Origin: Convolutriloba macropyga | Taxonomy: Eukaryota | Direction: 5' to 3' | Assembly: GCF_964194025.1 (NCBI RefSeq) | Contig: NC_134469.1 | Location: 6,510,001-6,574,000, forward strand | Length of the DNA stretch: 64,000 bases | In this document: in pieces, positions 24,574 through 38,800 of the stretch | Layout: every line of letters starts with the position of its first letter | Numbering within the stretch: the first letter of the stretch is position 1 | Program-made: the position numbers and the translations under genes | The notes under the pieces: generated by a model | What the model saw: only the letters and a program-made list of their open reading frames with translations | What the model was told of the DNA's origin: nothing | Databases searched by the model: none

Positions 24574-24644
24574 GCATCGGTGGTTCAGTGGTAGAATTGT
24601 CGCCTTCCACGCGATAGACCCGGGTTCGATTCCCGGCCGATGCA
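24574..24644 (+). tRNA. tRNA-Gly(TCC), second copy
   Basis: Consensus except for loop CTTCCAC; 442 bp from the first copy. Confidence 0.7.
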
Positions 24645-25457
24645 ACTTATTATTTGCGCACGAAAAATTCGCAAATTATTATCAGAGAATAGCAGAGAAA
24701 AACACGCACAAAGAGGATAATACGCACGCAGAGAAAAATGTATGATTATAGAGTATGTCCTTACGATTATTGTCAAGCATCGGTGGTTCAGTGGTAGAAT
24801 TGTCGCCTGCCACGCGATAGACCTGGGTTCGATTCCCGGCCGATGCAACTTATTATCTGCGCACGAAAAATGCGCATATTATTATCAGAGAATAGCAGAG
24901 AAAAATGCACACGCAGAGAAAAACGCGCACGCAGACAAAACCGCGCACGCAGAGGAAAATGCACATGCAAAGAAAAATATATGATTAGAGAGGATGTCCC
25001 CACCAGTGCTTTCAAGCATCGGTGGTTCAGTGGTAGGATTGTCGCCTGCAACGCAATAGACCTGGGTTCGACTCCCGGCCGATGCAACTTATTATCTGCG
25101 CACGATAAATGCGCAAATTATTATCAGAGAAAAGCAGAGAAAAACGCTCACAAAGAAGAAAATGCGCACGCAGAGAAAAATATATGATTATAGAGTATGT
25201 CCCTACGATTTTTCTCAAGCATCGGTGGTTCAGTGGTAGAATTGTCGCCTGCCACGCGATAGACCTGGGTTCGATTCCCGGCCGATGCAACTTATTATCT
25301 GCGCACGAAAAATGCGCATATTATTATCAGAGAATAGCAGAGAAAAATGCACACGCAGAGAAAAACGCGCACGCAGACAAAACCGCGCACGCAGAGGAAA
25401 ATGCGCATGCAAAGAAAAATATATGATTATAGAGTATGTCCCTACGATTTTTCTCAA

Positions 25458-25528
25458 GCATCGGTGGTTCAGTGGTAGAATTGTCGCCTGCCACGCGATA
25501 GACCCGGGTTCGATTCCCGGCCGATGCA
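25458..25528 (+). tRNA. tRNA-Gly(GCC), array-consensus copy
   Basis: Identical to consensus. Confidence 0.8.
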
Positions 25529-27063
25529 ACTTATTATCTGCGCACGATAAATGCGCATATTATTATCAGAGAATAGCTGAGAAAAATGCGCACGCAGAGA
25601 AAAACGCGCACGCAGACAAAACCGCTCACGCAGAGGAAAATGTGCACGCAAAGAAAAATATATAATTAGAGAGGATGTCCCTACCAGTACTTTCAAGCAT
25701 CGGTGGTTGAGTGGTAGAATTGTCGCCTGCAACGCGATAGACCCGGGTTCGACTCCCGGCCGATGCAACTTATTATCTGCGCACGATAAATGCGCAAATT
25801 ATTATCAGAGAAAAGCAGAGAAAAACGCGCACAAAGAAAAAAACGCGCACAAAGAGGAAAATAAATGATTATAGAGTTTGTCCCTACGATTATTGTCAAG
25901 CATCAGTGGTTCAGAGGTAGAATTGTCGCCTGCCACGCGATAGGCCCGGGTTCGATTCCCGGCCGATGCAACTTATTATCTGCCTACGATAATTGCGCAT
26001 ATTATTATCAGAGAATAGCAGTGAAAAATGCGCACGCAGAGAAAAACTAGCACGTAGACAAAAACGCGCACGCAGACAAAACCGCGCACGCATAGGAAAA
26101 TGCGCACGCAGAGAAAATTATATGATGATAAAGTAGGTCCCTACCAGGTTTGTCAAGCATCGGTGGTTCAGTGGTAGAATTGTCGCCTGCCACGCGATAG
26201 ACCAGGGTTCGATTCCCGTCCGATGAAACTTATTATCTGCGCACGATAAATGCGCATATTATTATCAGAGAATAGCTGAGAAAAATGCGCACGCAGAGAA
26301 AAACGCGCACGCAGACAAAACCGCTCACGCAGAGGAAAATGTGCACGCAAAGAAAAATATATAATTAGAGAGGATGTCCCTACCAGTACTTTCAAGCATC
26401 GGTGGTTGAGTGGTAGAATTGTCGCCTGCCACGCGATAGACCCGGGTTCGATTCCCGGCCGATGCAACTTATTATCTGCGCACGATAAATGCGCATATTA
26501 TTATCAGAGAATAGCAGAGAAAAACGCGCACAAAGAGGAAAATAAATGATTATAGAGTTTGTCCCTACGATTATTGTCAAGCATCAGTGGTTCAGAGGTA
26601 GAATTGTCGCCTGCCACGCGATAGGCCCGGGTTCGATTCCCGGCCGATGCAGCTTATTATCTGCCTACGATAATTGCGCATATTATTATCAGAGAATAGC
26701 AGCGAAAAATGCGCACGCAGAGAAAAACTAGCACGTAGACAAAAACGCGCACGCAGACAAAACCGCGCACGCATAGGAAAATGCGCACGCAGAGAAAATT
26801 ATATGATGATAAAGTAGGTCCCTACCAGGTTTGTCAAGCATCGGTGGTTCAGTGGTAGAATTGTCGCCTGCCACGCGATAGACCAGGGTTCGATTCCCGT
26901 CCGATGAAACTTATTATCTGCGCACGAAAAATACGCAAATTATTATCAGAGAATAGCAGAAAAATGCGCACGCAGAGAAAAACTCGCACGTAGACAAAAA
27001 CGCGCACGCAGACAAAAACGGGCACGCATAGGAAAATGCGCACGCAGAGAAAATATATATGAT

Positions 27064-27069
27064 TATAGA
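27064..27069 (+). promoter_or_regulatory. TATA-like element (TATAGA) at -30 from the tRNA 5' end, representative of most units
   Basis: GATTATAGAG begins 33 nt upstream of the tRNA, preceded by AAAATATAT. The position fits a TFIIIB-binding region. Confidence 0.45.
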
Positions 27070-27100
27070 GTAGGTCCCTACAAGGTTTGTCAAGCATCGG

Positions 27101-27111
27101 TGGTTCAGTGG
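27101..27111 (+). promoter_or_regulatory. Pol III type-2 A box (representative)
   Basis: TGGTTCAGTGG at tRNA positions 8-18. Confidence 0.85.
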
Positions 27112-27142
27112 TAGAATTGTCGCCTGCCACGCGATAGACCCG

Positions 27143-27153
27143 GGTTCGATTCC
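27143..27153 (+). promoter_or_regulatory. Pol III type-2 B box (representative)
   Basis: GGTTCGATTCC matches the B-box consensus GGTTCGANTCC. Confidence 0.9.
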
Positions 27154-27169
27154 CGGCCGATGCAACTTA

Positions 27170-27173
27170 TTTT
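27170..27173 (+). terminator. T4 Pol III terminator created by an A>T change in TTATTATC
   Basis: ACTTATTTTCT here versus the usual ACTTATTATCT. Confidence 0.55.
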
Positions 27174-30100
27174 CTGCGCACGAAAAATGCGCAAACTATT
27201 ATCAGAGAATAGCAGAGAAAAACGCGCACAAAGAGGAAAATGCGCACGCCGAGAAAAATATATGGTTATAGAATATGTCCCTACGATTATTGTCAAGCAT
27301 CGGTTGTTCAGTGGTAGAATTGTCGCCTGCCACGCGATAGACCCGGGTTCGATTCCCGTCCGATGCAACTTATTATCTGCGCACGAAAAATGCGCAAATT
27401 ATTATCAGAGAATAGCAGAGAAAAATGCGCACGCAGAGAAACGCGCACGTAGACAAAAACGCGCACGCAGACAAAAACGGGCACGCATAGGTAAATGCGC
27501 ACGCAGAGAAAAATATATGATTATAGAGTAGGTCCCTACCACGTTTGTCAAGCATCGGTGGTTCAGTGGTAGAGTTGTCGCCTGCCACGCGATAGACCCG
27601 GGTTCGATTCCCGGCCGATGCACCTTATTATTTGCGCACGAAAAATTCGCAAATTATTATCAGAGAATAGCAGAGAAAAACACGCACAAAGAGGATAATA
27701 CGCACGCAGAGAAAAATATATGATTATAGAGTATGTCCTTACAATTATTGTCAAGCATCGGTGGTTCAGTGGTAGAATTGTCGCCTGCCACGCGATAGAC
27801 CTGGGTTCGATTCCCGGCCGATGCAACTTATTATCTGGGCACGATAAATGCGCATATTATTATCAGAGAATAGCAGAGAAAAATGCACACGCAGAGAAAA
27901 ACGCGCACGCAGACAAAACCGCGCACGCAGAGGAAAATGCGCATGCAAAGAAAAATATATGATTATAGAGTATGTCCCTACGATTATTCTCAAGCATCGG
28001 TGGTTCAGTGGTAGAATTGTCGCCTGCCACGCGATAGACCCGGGTTCGATTCCCGGCCGATGCAACTTATTATCTGCGCACGATAAATGCGCAAATTATT
28101 ATCAGAGAAAAGCAGAGAAAAACGCGCACAAAGAAGAAAATGCGCACGCAGAGAAAAATATATGATTATAGAGTATGTCTCTACGATTATTCTCAAGCAT
28201 CGGTGGTTCAGTGGTAGAATTGTCGCCTGCCACGCGATAGACCCGGGTTCGATTCCCGGCCGATGCAACTTATTATCTGCGCACGATAAATGCGCATATT
28301 ATTATCAGAGAATAGCTGAGAAAAATGCGCACGCAGACAAAACCGCTCACGCAGAGGAAAATGTGCACGCAAAGAAAAATATATAATTAGAGAGGATGTA
28401 CCTACCAGTACTTTCAAGCATCGGTGGTTGAGTGGTAGAATTGTCGCCTGCCACGCGATAGACCCGGGTTCGATTCCCGGCCGATGCAACTTATTATCTG
28501 CGCACCATAAATGCGCATATTATTGTCAGAGAATAGCAGAGAAAAACGCGCACAAAGAAAATATATGATTATAGAGTTTGTCCCTACGATTATTGTCAGG
28601 CATCAGTGGTTCAGAGGTAGAATTGTCGCCTGCCACGCGATAGACCCTGGTTCGATTCCCGCCCGATACAACTTATTATCTGCCTACGACAAATGCGCAT
28701 ATTATTATCAGAGAATAGCAGCGAAAAATGCGCACGCAGAGAAAAACGTGCACGCAGACAAAACCGCGCACGCATAGGAAAATGCGCACTCAGAGAAAAA
28801 TATATGATCATAAAGTAGGTCCCTACCAGGTTTGTCAAGCATCGGTGGTTCAGTGGTAGAATTGTCGCCTGCCACGCGTTAGACCCGGGTTCGATGCCCG
28901 GCCGATGCAACTTATTATCTGCGCACGATAAATGCGCATATTATTATCAGAGAATAGCTGAGAAAAATGCGCACGCAGACAAAACCACTCACGCAGAGGA
29001 AAATGTAAACGCAAAGAAAAATATGATTGGAGAGGATGTCCCTACCAGTACTTTCAAGCATCGGTGGTTGAGTGGTAGAATTGTCGCCTGCCACGCGATA
29101 GACCCGGGTTCGATTCCTGTCCGATGCAACTTATTATCTGCGCACGAAAAATGCGCAAATTATTATCAGAGAATAGCAGAGAAAAATGCGCACGCAGAGA
29201 AGCGCGCACGTAGACAAAAACGCGCACGCAGACAAAAACGGGCACGCATAGGTAATTGCGCACGCAGAGAAAAAAATATGATTATAGAGTAGGTCCCTAA
29301 CGGTTTTGTCAAACATCGTTGGTTCAGTGGTAGAGTTGTCGCCTGCCACGCGATAGACCCGGGTTCGATTCCCGGCCGATGCAACTTATTATCTGCGCAC
29401 GATAAATGCGCATATTATTATCAGAGAATAGCTGAGAAAAATGCGCACAAAGAAGAAAATGCGCACGCAGAGAAAAATATATGATTATAGAGTATGTCCC
29501 TACGATTATTCTCAAGCATCGGTGGTTCAGTGGTAGAATTGTCGCCTGCCACGCGATAGACCCGGGTTCAATTCCCGGCCGATGCAACTTATTATCTGCG
29601 CACGATAAATGCGCAAATTATTATCAGAGAAAAGCAGAGAAAAACGCGCACAAAGAAGAAAATGCGCACGCAGAGAAAAATATATGATTATAGAGTATGT
29701 CTCTACGATTATTCTCAAGCATCGGTGGTTCAGTGGTAGAATTGTCGCCTGCCACGCGATAGACCCGGGTTCGATTCCCGGCCGATGCAACTTATTATCT
29801 GCGCACGATAAATGCGCATATTATTATCAGAGAATAGCTGAGAAAAATGCGCACGCAGACAAAACCGCTCACGCAGAGGAAAATGTGCACGCAAAGAAAA
29901 ATATATAATTAGAGAGGATGTCCCTACCAGTACTTTCAAGCATCGGTGGTTGAGTGGTAGAATTGTCGCCTGCCACGCGATAGACCCGGGTTCGATTCCC
30001 GGCCGATGCAACTTATTATCTGCGCACCATAAATGCGCATATTATTGTCAGAGAATAGCAGAGAAAAACGCGCACAAAGAAGAAAATATATGATTATAGA

Positions 30101-33100
30101 GTTTGTCCCTACGATTATTGTCAAGCATCAGTGGTTCAGAGGTAGAATTGTCGCCTGCCACGCGATAGACCCTGGTTCGATTCCCGCCCGATGCAACTTA
30201 TTATCTTCCTACGACAAATGCGCATATTATTATCAGAGAATAGCAGCGAAAAATGCGCACGCAGAGAAAAACGTGCACGCAGACAAAACCGCGCACGCAT
30301 AGGAAAATGCGCACGCAGAGAAAAATATATGATTATAGAGTATGTCCCTACGATTATTCTCAAGCATCGGTGGTTCAGTGGTAGAATTGTCGCCTGCCAC
30401 GCGATAGACCCGGGTTCAATTCCCGGCCGATGCAACTTATTATCTGCGCACGATAAATGCGCAAATTATTATCAGAGAAAAGCAGAGAAAAACGCGCACA
30501 AAGAAGAAAATGCGCACGCAGAGAAAAATATATGATTATAGAGTATGTCTCTACGATTATTCTCAAGCATCGGTGGTTCAGTGGTAGAATTGTCGTCTGC
30601 CACGCGATAGACCCGGGTTCGATTCCCGGCCGATGCAACTTATTATCTGCGCACGATAAATGCGCATATTATTATCAGAGAATAGCTGAGAAAAATGCGC
30701 ACGCAGACAAAACCGCTCACGCAGAGGAAAATGTGCACGCAAAGAAAAATATATAATTAGAGAGGATGTCCCTACCAGTACTTTCAAGCATCGGTGGTTC
30801 AGTGGTAGAATTGTCGCCTGCCACGCGATAGACCCGGGTTCGATTCCCGGCCGATGCAACTTATTATCTGCGCACCATAAATGCGCATATTATTGTCAGA
30901 GAATAGCAGAGAAAAACGCGCACAAAGAAGAAAATATATGATTATAGAGTTTGTCCCTACGATTATTGTCAAGCATCAGTGGTTCAGAGGTAGAATTGTC
31001 GCCTGCCACGCGATAGACCCTGGTTCGATTCCCGCCCGATGCAACTTATTATCTGCCTACGACAAATGCGCATATTATTATCAGAGAATAGCAGCTAAAA
31101 ATGCGCACGCAGAGAAAAACGTGCACGCAGACAAAACCGCGCACGCATAGGAAAATGCGCACTCAGAGAAAAATATATGATGATAAAGTAGGTCCCTACC
31201 AGGTTTGTCAAGCATCGGTGGTTCAGTGGTAGAATTGTCGCCTGCCACGCGATAGACCCGGGTTCGATGCCCGGCCGATGCAACTTATTATCTGCGCACG
31301 ATAAATGCGCATATTATTATCAGAGAATAGCTGAGAAAAATGCGCACACAGACAAAACCACTCACGCAGAGGAAAATGTAAACGCAAAGAAAAATATGAT
31401 TGGAGAGGATGTCCCTACCAGTACTTTCAAGCATCGGTGGTTGAGTGGTAGAATTGTCGCCTGCCACGCGATAGACCCGGGTTCGATTCCCGTCCGATGC
31501 AACTTATTATCTGCGCACGAAAAATGCGCAAATTATTATCAGAGAATAGCAGAGAAAAATGCGCACGCAGAGAAGCGCGCACGTAGACAAAAACGCGCAC
31601 GCAGACAAAAACGGGCACGCATAGGTAATTGCGCACGCAGAGATAAATATATGATTATAGAGTATGTCCCTACGATTATTCTCAAGCATCGGTGGTTCAG
31701 TGGTAGAATTGTCGCCTGCCACGCGATAGACCCGGGTTCGATTCCCGGCCGATGCAACTTATTATCTGCGCACGATAAATGCGCATATTATAATCAGAGA
31801 ATAGCTGAGAAAAATGCGCACGCAGACAAAACCACTCACGCAGAGGAAAATGTAAACGCAAAGAAAAATATATGATTGGAGAGGATGTCCCTACCAGTAC
31901 TTTCAAGCATCGGTGGTTGAGTGGTAGAATTGTCGCCTGCCACGCGATAGACCCGGGTTCGATTCCCGTCCGATGCAACTTATTATCTGCGCACGAAAAA
32001 TGCGCAAATTATTATCAGAGAATAGCAGAGAAAAATGCGCACGCAGAGAAACGCGCACGCAGACAAAAACGGGCACGCATAGGTAAATGCGGACGCAGAG
32101 AAAAATATATGATTATAGAGTAGGTCCCTACCACGTTTGTCAAGCATCGGTGGTTCAGTGGTAGAATTGTCGTCTGCCACGCGATAGACCCGGGTTCGAT
32201 TCCCGGCCGATGCAACTTATTATTTGCGCACGAAAAATTCGCAAATTATTATCAGAGAATAGCAGAGAAAAACACGCACAAAGAGGATAAAACGCACGCA
32301 GAGAAAAATATATGATTATAGAGTATGTCCTTACGATTACTGTCAAGCATCGGTGGTTCAGTGGTAGAATTGTCGCCTGCCACGCGATAGACCTGGGTTC
32401 GATTCCCGGCCGATGCAACTTATTATCTGCGCACGATAAATGCGCATATTATTATCAGAGAATAGCAGAGAAAAATGCACACGCAGAGACAAACGCGCAC
32501 GCAGACAAAACCGCGCACGCAGAGGAAAATGCGCATGCAAAGAAAAATATATGATTAGAGAGGGTGTCCTTACCAGTGCTTTCAAGCATCGGTGGTTCAG
32601 TGGTAGGATTGTCGCCTGCAACGCGATAGACCCGGGTTCGACTCCCGGCCGATGCAACTTATTATCTGCGCACGATAAATGCGCAAATTATTATCAGAGA
32701 AAAGCAGAGAAAAACGCGCACAAAGAAGAAAATGCGCACGCAGAGAAAAATATATGATTATACAGTTTGTCCCTACGATTTTTGTCAAGCATCGGTGGTT
32801 CAGTGGTAGAATTGTCGCCTGCCACGCGATAGACCCGGGTTCGATTCCCGGCCGATGCAACTTATTATCTGCGCACGATAAATGCGCATATTATTATCAG
32901 AGAATAGCTGAGAAAAATGCGCACGCAGAGAAAAACGTGCACGCAGACAAAACCGCGCACGCATAGGAAAATGCGCACGCAGAGAAAAATATATGATGAT
33001 AAAGTAGGTCCCTACCAGGTTTGTCAAGCATCGTTGGTTCAGTGGTAGAATTGTCGCCTGCCACGCGATAGACCCGGGTTCGATTCCCGGCCGATGCAAC

Positions 33101-33269
33101 TTATTATCTGCGCACGATAAATGCGCATATTATTATCAGAGAATAGCTGAGAAAAATGCGCACGCAGACAAAACCGCGCACGCATAGGAAAATGCGCACG
33201 CAGAGAAAAATATATGATGATAAAGTAGGTCCCTACCAGGTTTGTCAAGCATCGGTGGTTCAGTGGTAG

Positions 33270-35880
33270 AATTGTCGCCTGCCACGCGATAGACCCGGGT
33301 TCGATTCCCGTCCGATGCAACTTATTATCTGCGCACGAAAATGCGCAAATTATTATCAGAGAATAGCAGAGAAAAATGCGCACGCAGAGAAACGCGCACG
33401 CAGACAAAAACGGGCACGCATAGGTAAATGCGCACGCAGAGAAAAATATATGATCATAGAGTAGGTCCCTACCACGTTTGTCAAGCATCGGTGGTTCAGT
33501 GGTAGAATTGTCGCCTGCCACGCGATAGACCCGGGTTCGATTCCCGGCCGATGCAACTTAATATTTGCGCACGAAAAATTCGCAAATTATTATCAGAGAA
33601 AAACACGCACAAAGAGGATAAAACGCACGCAGAGAAAAATATATGATTATAGAGTATGTCCTTACGATTATTGTCAAGCGTCGGTGGTTCAGTGGTAGAA
33701 TTGTCGCCTGCCACGCGATAGACCTGGGTTCGATTCCCGGCCGATGCAACTTATTATCTGCGCACGATAAATGCGCATATTATTATCAGAGAATAGCCGA
33801 GAAAAATGCACAAGCAGAGAAAAACGCGCACGCAGACAAAACCGCGCACGCATAGGAAAATGCGCATGCAAAGAAAAATATATGATTAGAGAGGGTGTCA
33901 TTACCAGTGCTTTCAAGCATCGGTGGTTCAGTGGTAGGATTGTCGCCTGCAACGCGATAGACCCGAGTTCGACTCCCGGCCGATGCAACTTATTATCTGC
34001 GCACGATGAATGCGCAAATTATTATCAGAGAAAAGCAGAGAAAAATGCGCACAAAGAAGAAAATGCGCACGCAGAGAAAAATATATGATTATAGAGTATG
34101 TCCCTACGATTATTCTCAAGCATCGGTGGTTCAGTGGTAGAATTGTCGCCTGCCACGCGATAGACCCGGGTTCGATTCCCGGCCGATGCAACTTATTATC
34201 TGCGCACGATAAATGCGCATATTATTATCAGAGAATAGCTGAGAAAAATGCGCACGCAGACAAAACCGCTCACGCAGAGGAAAATGTGCACGCAAAGAAA
34301 AATATATAATTAGAGAGGATGTCCCTACCAGTACTTTCAAGCATCGGTGGTTGAGTGGTAGAACTGTCGCCTGCCACGCGATAGACCCGGGTTCGATTCC
34401 CGGCCGATGCAACTGATTATTTGCGCACGAAAAATTCGCAAATTATTATCAGAGAATAGCAGAGAAAAACACGCACAAAGAGGATAAAACGCACGCAGAG
34501 AAAAATATATGATTATAGAGTAGGTCCCTACCACGTTTGTCAAGGATCGGTGGTTCAGTGGTAGAATTGTCGCCTGCCACGCGATAGACCCGGGTTCGAT
34601 TCCCGTCCGATGCAACTTATTATCTGCGCACGAAAATGCGCAAATTATTATCAGAGAATAGCAGAGAAAAATGCGCACGCAGAGAAACGCGCACGCAGAC
34701 AAAAACGGGCACGCATAGGTAAATGCGCACGCAGAGAAAAATATATGATCATAGAGTAGGTCCCTACCACGTTTGTCAAGCATCGGTGGTTCAGTGGTAG
34801 AATTGTCGCCTGCCACGCGATAGACCCGGGTTCGATTCCCGGCCGATGCAACTTAATATTTGCGCACGAAAATTTCGCAAATTATTATCAGAGAAAAACA
34901 CGCACAAAGAGGATAAAACGCACGCAGAGAAAAATATATGATTATAGAGTATGTCCTTACGATTATTGTCAAGCGTCGGTGGTTCAGTGGTAGAATTGTC
35001 GCCTGCCACGCGATAGACCTGGGTTCGATTCCCGGCCGATGCAACTTATTATCTGCGCACGATAAATGCGCATATTATTATCAGAGAATAGCCGAGAAAA
35101 ATGCACAAGCAGAGAAAAACGCGCACGCAGACAAAACCGCGCACGCATAGGAAAATGCGCATGCAAAGAAAAATATATGATTAGAGAGGGTGTCCTTACC
35201 AGTGCTTTCAAGCATCGGTGGTTCAGTGGTAGGATTGTCGCCTGCAACGCGATAGACCCGAGTTCGACTCCCGGCCGATGCAACTTATTATCTGCGCACG
35301 ATGAATGCGCAAATTATTATCAGAGAAAAGCAGAGAAAAATGCGCACAAAGAAGAAAATGCGCACGCAGAGAAAAATATATGATTATAGAGTATGTCCCT
35401 ACGATTATTCTCAAGCATCGGTGGTTCAGTGGTAGAATTGTCGCCTGCCACGCGATAGACCCGGGTTCGATTCCCGGCCGATGCAACTTATTATCTGCGC
35501 ACGATAAATGCGCATATTATTATCAGAGAATAGCTGAGAAAAATGCGCACGCAGACAAAACCGCTCACGCAGAGGAAAATGTGCACGCAAAGAAAAATAT
35601 ATAATTAGAGAGGATGTCCCTACCAGTACTTTCAAGCATCGGTGGTTGAGTGGTAGAACTGTCGCCTGCCACGCGATAGACCCGGGTTCGATTCCCGGCC
35701 GATGCAACTGATTATTTGCGCACGAAAAATTCGCAAATTATTATCAGAGAATAGCAGAGAAAAACACGCACAAAGAGGATAAAACGCACGCAGAGAAAAA
35801 TATATGATTATAGAGTAGGTCCCTACCACGTTTGTCAAGGATCGGTGGTTCAGTGGTAGAATTGTCGCCTGCCACGCGAT
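33270..35880 (+). repeat. 1295-bp tandem duplication (6 units)
   Basis: Diagnostic variants recur at +1295 (tRNA 33917/35212; ORFs 33356/34651 and 34131/35426). Confidence 0.88.
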
Positions 35881-38800
35881 AGACCTGGGTTCGATTCCCG
35901 GCCGATGCAACTTATTATCTGCGCACGATAAATGCGCATTTTATTATCAGAGAATAGCCGAGAAAAATGCACACGCAGAGAAAAACGCGCATGCAGACAA
36001 AACCGCGCACGCAGAGGAAAATGCGCATGCAAAGAAAAATATATGATTAGAGAGGGTGTCCTTACCAGTGCTTTCAAGCATCGGTGGTTCAGTGGTAGGA
36101 TTGTCGCCTGCAACGCGATAGACCCGGGTTCGACTCCCGGCCGATGCAACTTATTATCTGCGCACGATGAATGCGCAAATTATTATCAGAGAAAAGCAGA
36201 GAAAAACGCGCACAAAGAAGAAAATGCGCACGCAGAGAAAAATATATGATTATAGAGTATGTCCCTACGATTATTCTCAAGCATCGGTGGTTTAGTGGTA
36301 GAATTGTCGCCTGCCACGCGATAGACCCGGGTTCGATTCCCGGCCGATGCAACTTATTATCTGCGCACGATAAATGCGCATATTATTATCAGAGAATAGC
36401 TGAGAAAAATGCGCACGCAGACAAAACCGCTCACGCAGAGGAAAATGTGCACGCAAAGAAAAATATATAATTAGAGAGGATGTCCCTACCAGTACTTTCA
36501 AGCATCGGTGGTTGAGTGGTAGAATTGTCGCCTGCCACCCGATAGACCCGGGTTCGATTACCGGCCGATGCAACTTATTATCTGCGCATATTATTGTCAG
36601 AGAATAGCAGAGAAAAACGCGCACAAAGAAGAAAATATATGATTATAGAGTTTGTCCCTACGATTATTGTCAAGCATCAGTGGTTCAGAGGTAGAATTGT
36701 CGCCTGCCACGGGATAGACCCTGGTTCGATTCCCGCCCGATGCAACTTATTATCTGCCTACGACAAATGCGCATATTATTATCAGAGAATAGCAGCGAAA
36801 AATGCGCACGCAGAGAAAAACGTGCACGCAGACAAAACCGCGCACGCATAGGAAAATGCGCACGCAGAGAAAAATATATGATGATAAAGTAGGTCCCTAC
36901 CAGGTTTGTCAAGCATCGGTGGTTCAGTGGTAGAATTGTCGCCTGCCACGCGATAGACCCGGGTTCGATTCCCGGCCGATGCAACTTATTATCTGCGCAC
37001 GATAAATGCGCATATTATTATCAGAGAATAGCTGAGAAAAATGCGCACGCAGACAAAACCACTCACGCAGAGGAAAATGTAAACGCAAAGAAAAATATAT
37101 GATTGGAGAGGATGTCCCTACCAGTACTTTCAAGCATCGGTGGTTGAGTGGTTGAATTGTCGCCTGCAACGCGATAGACCCGGGTTCGATTCCCGGCCGA
37201 TGCAACTTATTATCTGCGCACGATAAATGCGCATATTATTATCAGAGAATAGCTGAGAAAAACGCGCACAAAGAGCAAAATATATGATCATAGAGTAGGT
37301 CCCTACCACGTTTGTCAAGCATCGGTGGTTCAGTGGTAGAATTGTCGCCTGCCACGCGATAGACCCGGGTTCGATTCCCGGCCGATGCAACTTAATATTT
37401 GCGCACGAAAAATTCGCAAATTATTATCAGAGAAAAACACGCACAAAGAGGATAAAACGCACGCAGAGAAAAATATATGATTATAGAGTATGTCCTTACG
37501 ATTATTGTCAAGCGTCGGTGGTTCAGTGGTAGAATTGTCGCCTGCCACGCGATAGACCTGGGTTCGATTCCCGGCCGATGCAACTTATTATCTGCGCACG
37601 ATAAATGCGCATATTATTATCAGAGAATAGCCGAGAAAAATGCACAAGCAGAGAAAAACGCGCACGCAGACAAAACCGCGCACGCATAGGAAAATGCGCA
37701 TGCAAAGAAAAATATATGATTAGAGAGGGTGTCCTTACCAGTGCTTTCAAGCATCGGTGGTTCAGTGGTAGGATTGTCGCCTGCAGCGCGATAGACCCGA
37801 GTTCGACTCCCGGCCGATGCAACTTATTATCTGCGCACGATGAATGCGCAAATTATTATCAGAGAAAAGCAGAGAAAAATGCGCACAAAGAAGAAAATGC
37901 GCACGCAGAGAAAAATATATGATTATAGAGTATGTCCCTACGATTATTCTCAAGCATCGGTGGTTCAGTGGTAGAACTGTCGCCTGCCACGCGATAGACC
38001 CGGGTTCGATTCCCGGCCGATGCAACTTATTATTTGCGCACGAAAAATTCGCAAATTATTATCAGAGAATAGCAGAGAAAAACACGCACAAAGAGGATAA
38101 AACGCACGCAGAGAAAAATATATGATTATAGAGTAGGTCCCTACCACGTTTGTCAAGGATCGGTGGTTCAGTGGTAGAATTGTCGCCTGCCACGCGATAG
38201 ACCTGGGTTCGATTCCCGGCCGATGCAACTTATTATCTGCGCACGATAAATGCGCATTTTATTATCAGAGAATAGCCGAGAAAAAAGCACACGCAGAGAA
38301 AAACGCGCATGCAGACAAAACCGCGCACGCAGAGGAAAATGCGCATGCAAAGAAAAATATATGATTAGAGAGGGTGTCCTTACCAGTGCTTTCAAGCATC
38401 GTTGGTTCAGTGGTAGGATTGTCGCCTGCAACGCGATAGACCCGGGTTCGACTCCCGGCCGATGCAACTTATTATCTGCGCACGATGAATGCGCAAATTA
38501 TTATCAGAGAAAAGCAGAGAAAAACGCGCACAAAGAAGAAAATGCGCACGCAGAGAAAAATATATGATTATAGAGTATGTCCCTACGATTATTCTCAAGC
38601 ATCGGTGGTTTAGTGGTAGAATTGTCGCCTGCCACGCGATAGACCCGGGTTCGATTTCCGGCCGATGCAACTTATTATCTGCGCACGATAAATGCGCATA
38701 TTATTATCAGAGAATAGCTGAGAAAAATGCGCACGCAGACAAAACCGCTCACGCAGAGGAAAATGTGCACGCAAAGAAAAATATATAATTAGAGAGGATG

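Larger units (their letters stand above)
23893..25530 (+). repeat. 442-bp (239+203) dimeric periodicity
   Basis: tRNA starts at 23893, 24132, 24335, 24574, 24777, 25016, 25219, 25458. Confidence 0.85.
27094..27164 (+). tRNA. tRNA-Gly(GCC), consensus copy with its own terminator
   Basis: Perfect consensus followed by ACTTATTTT. Confidence 0.85.
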
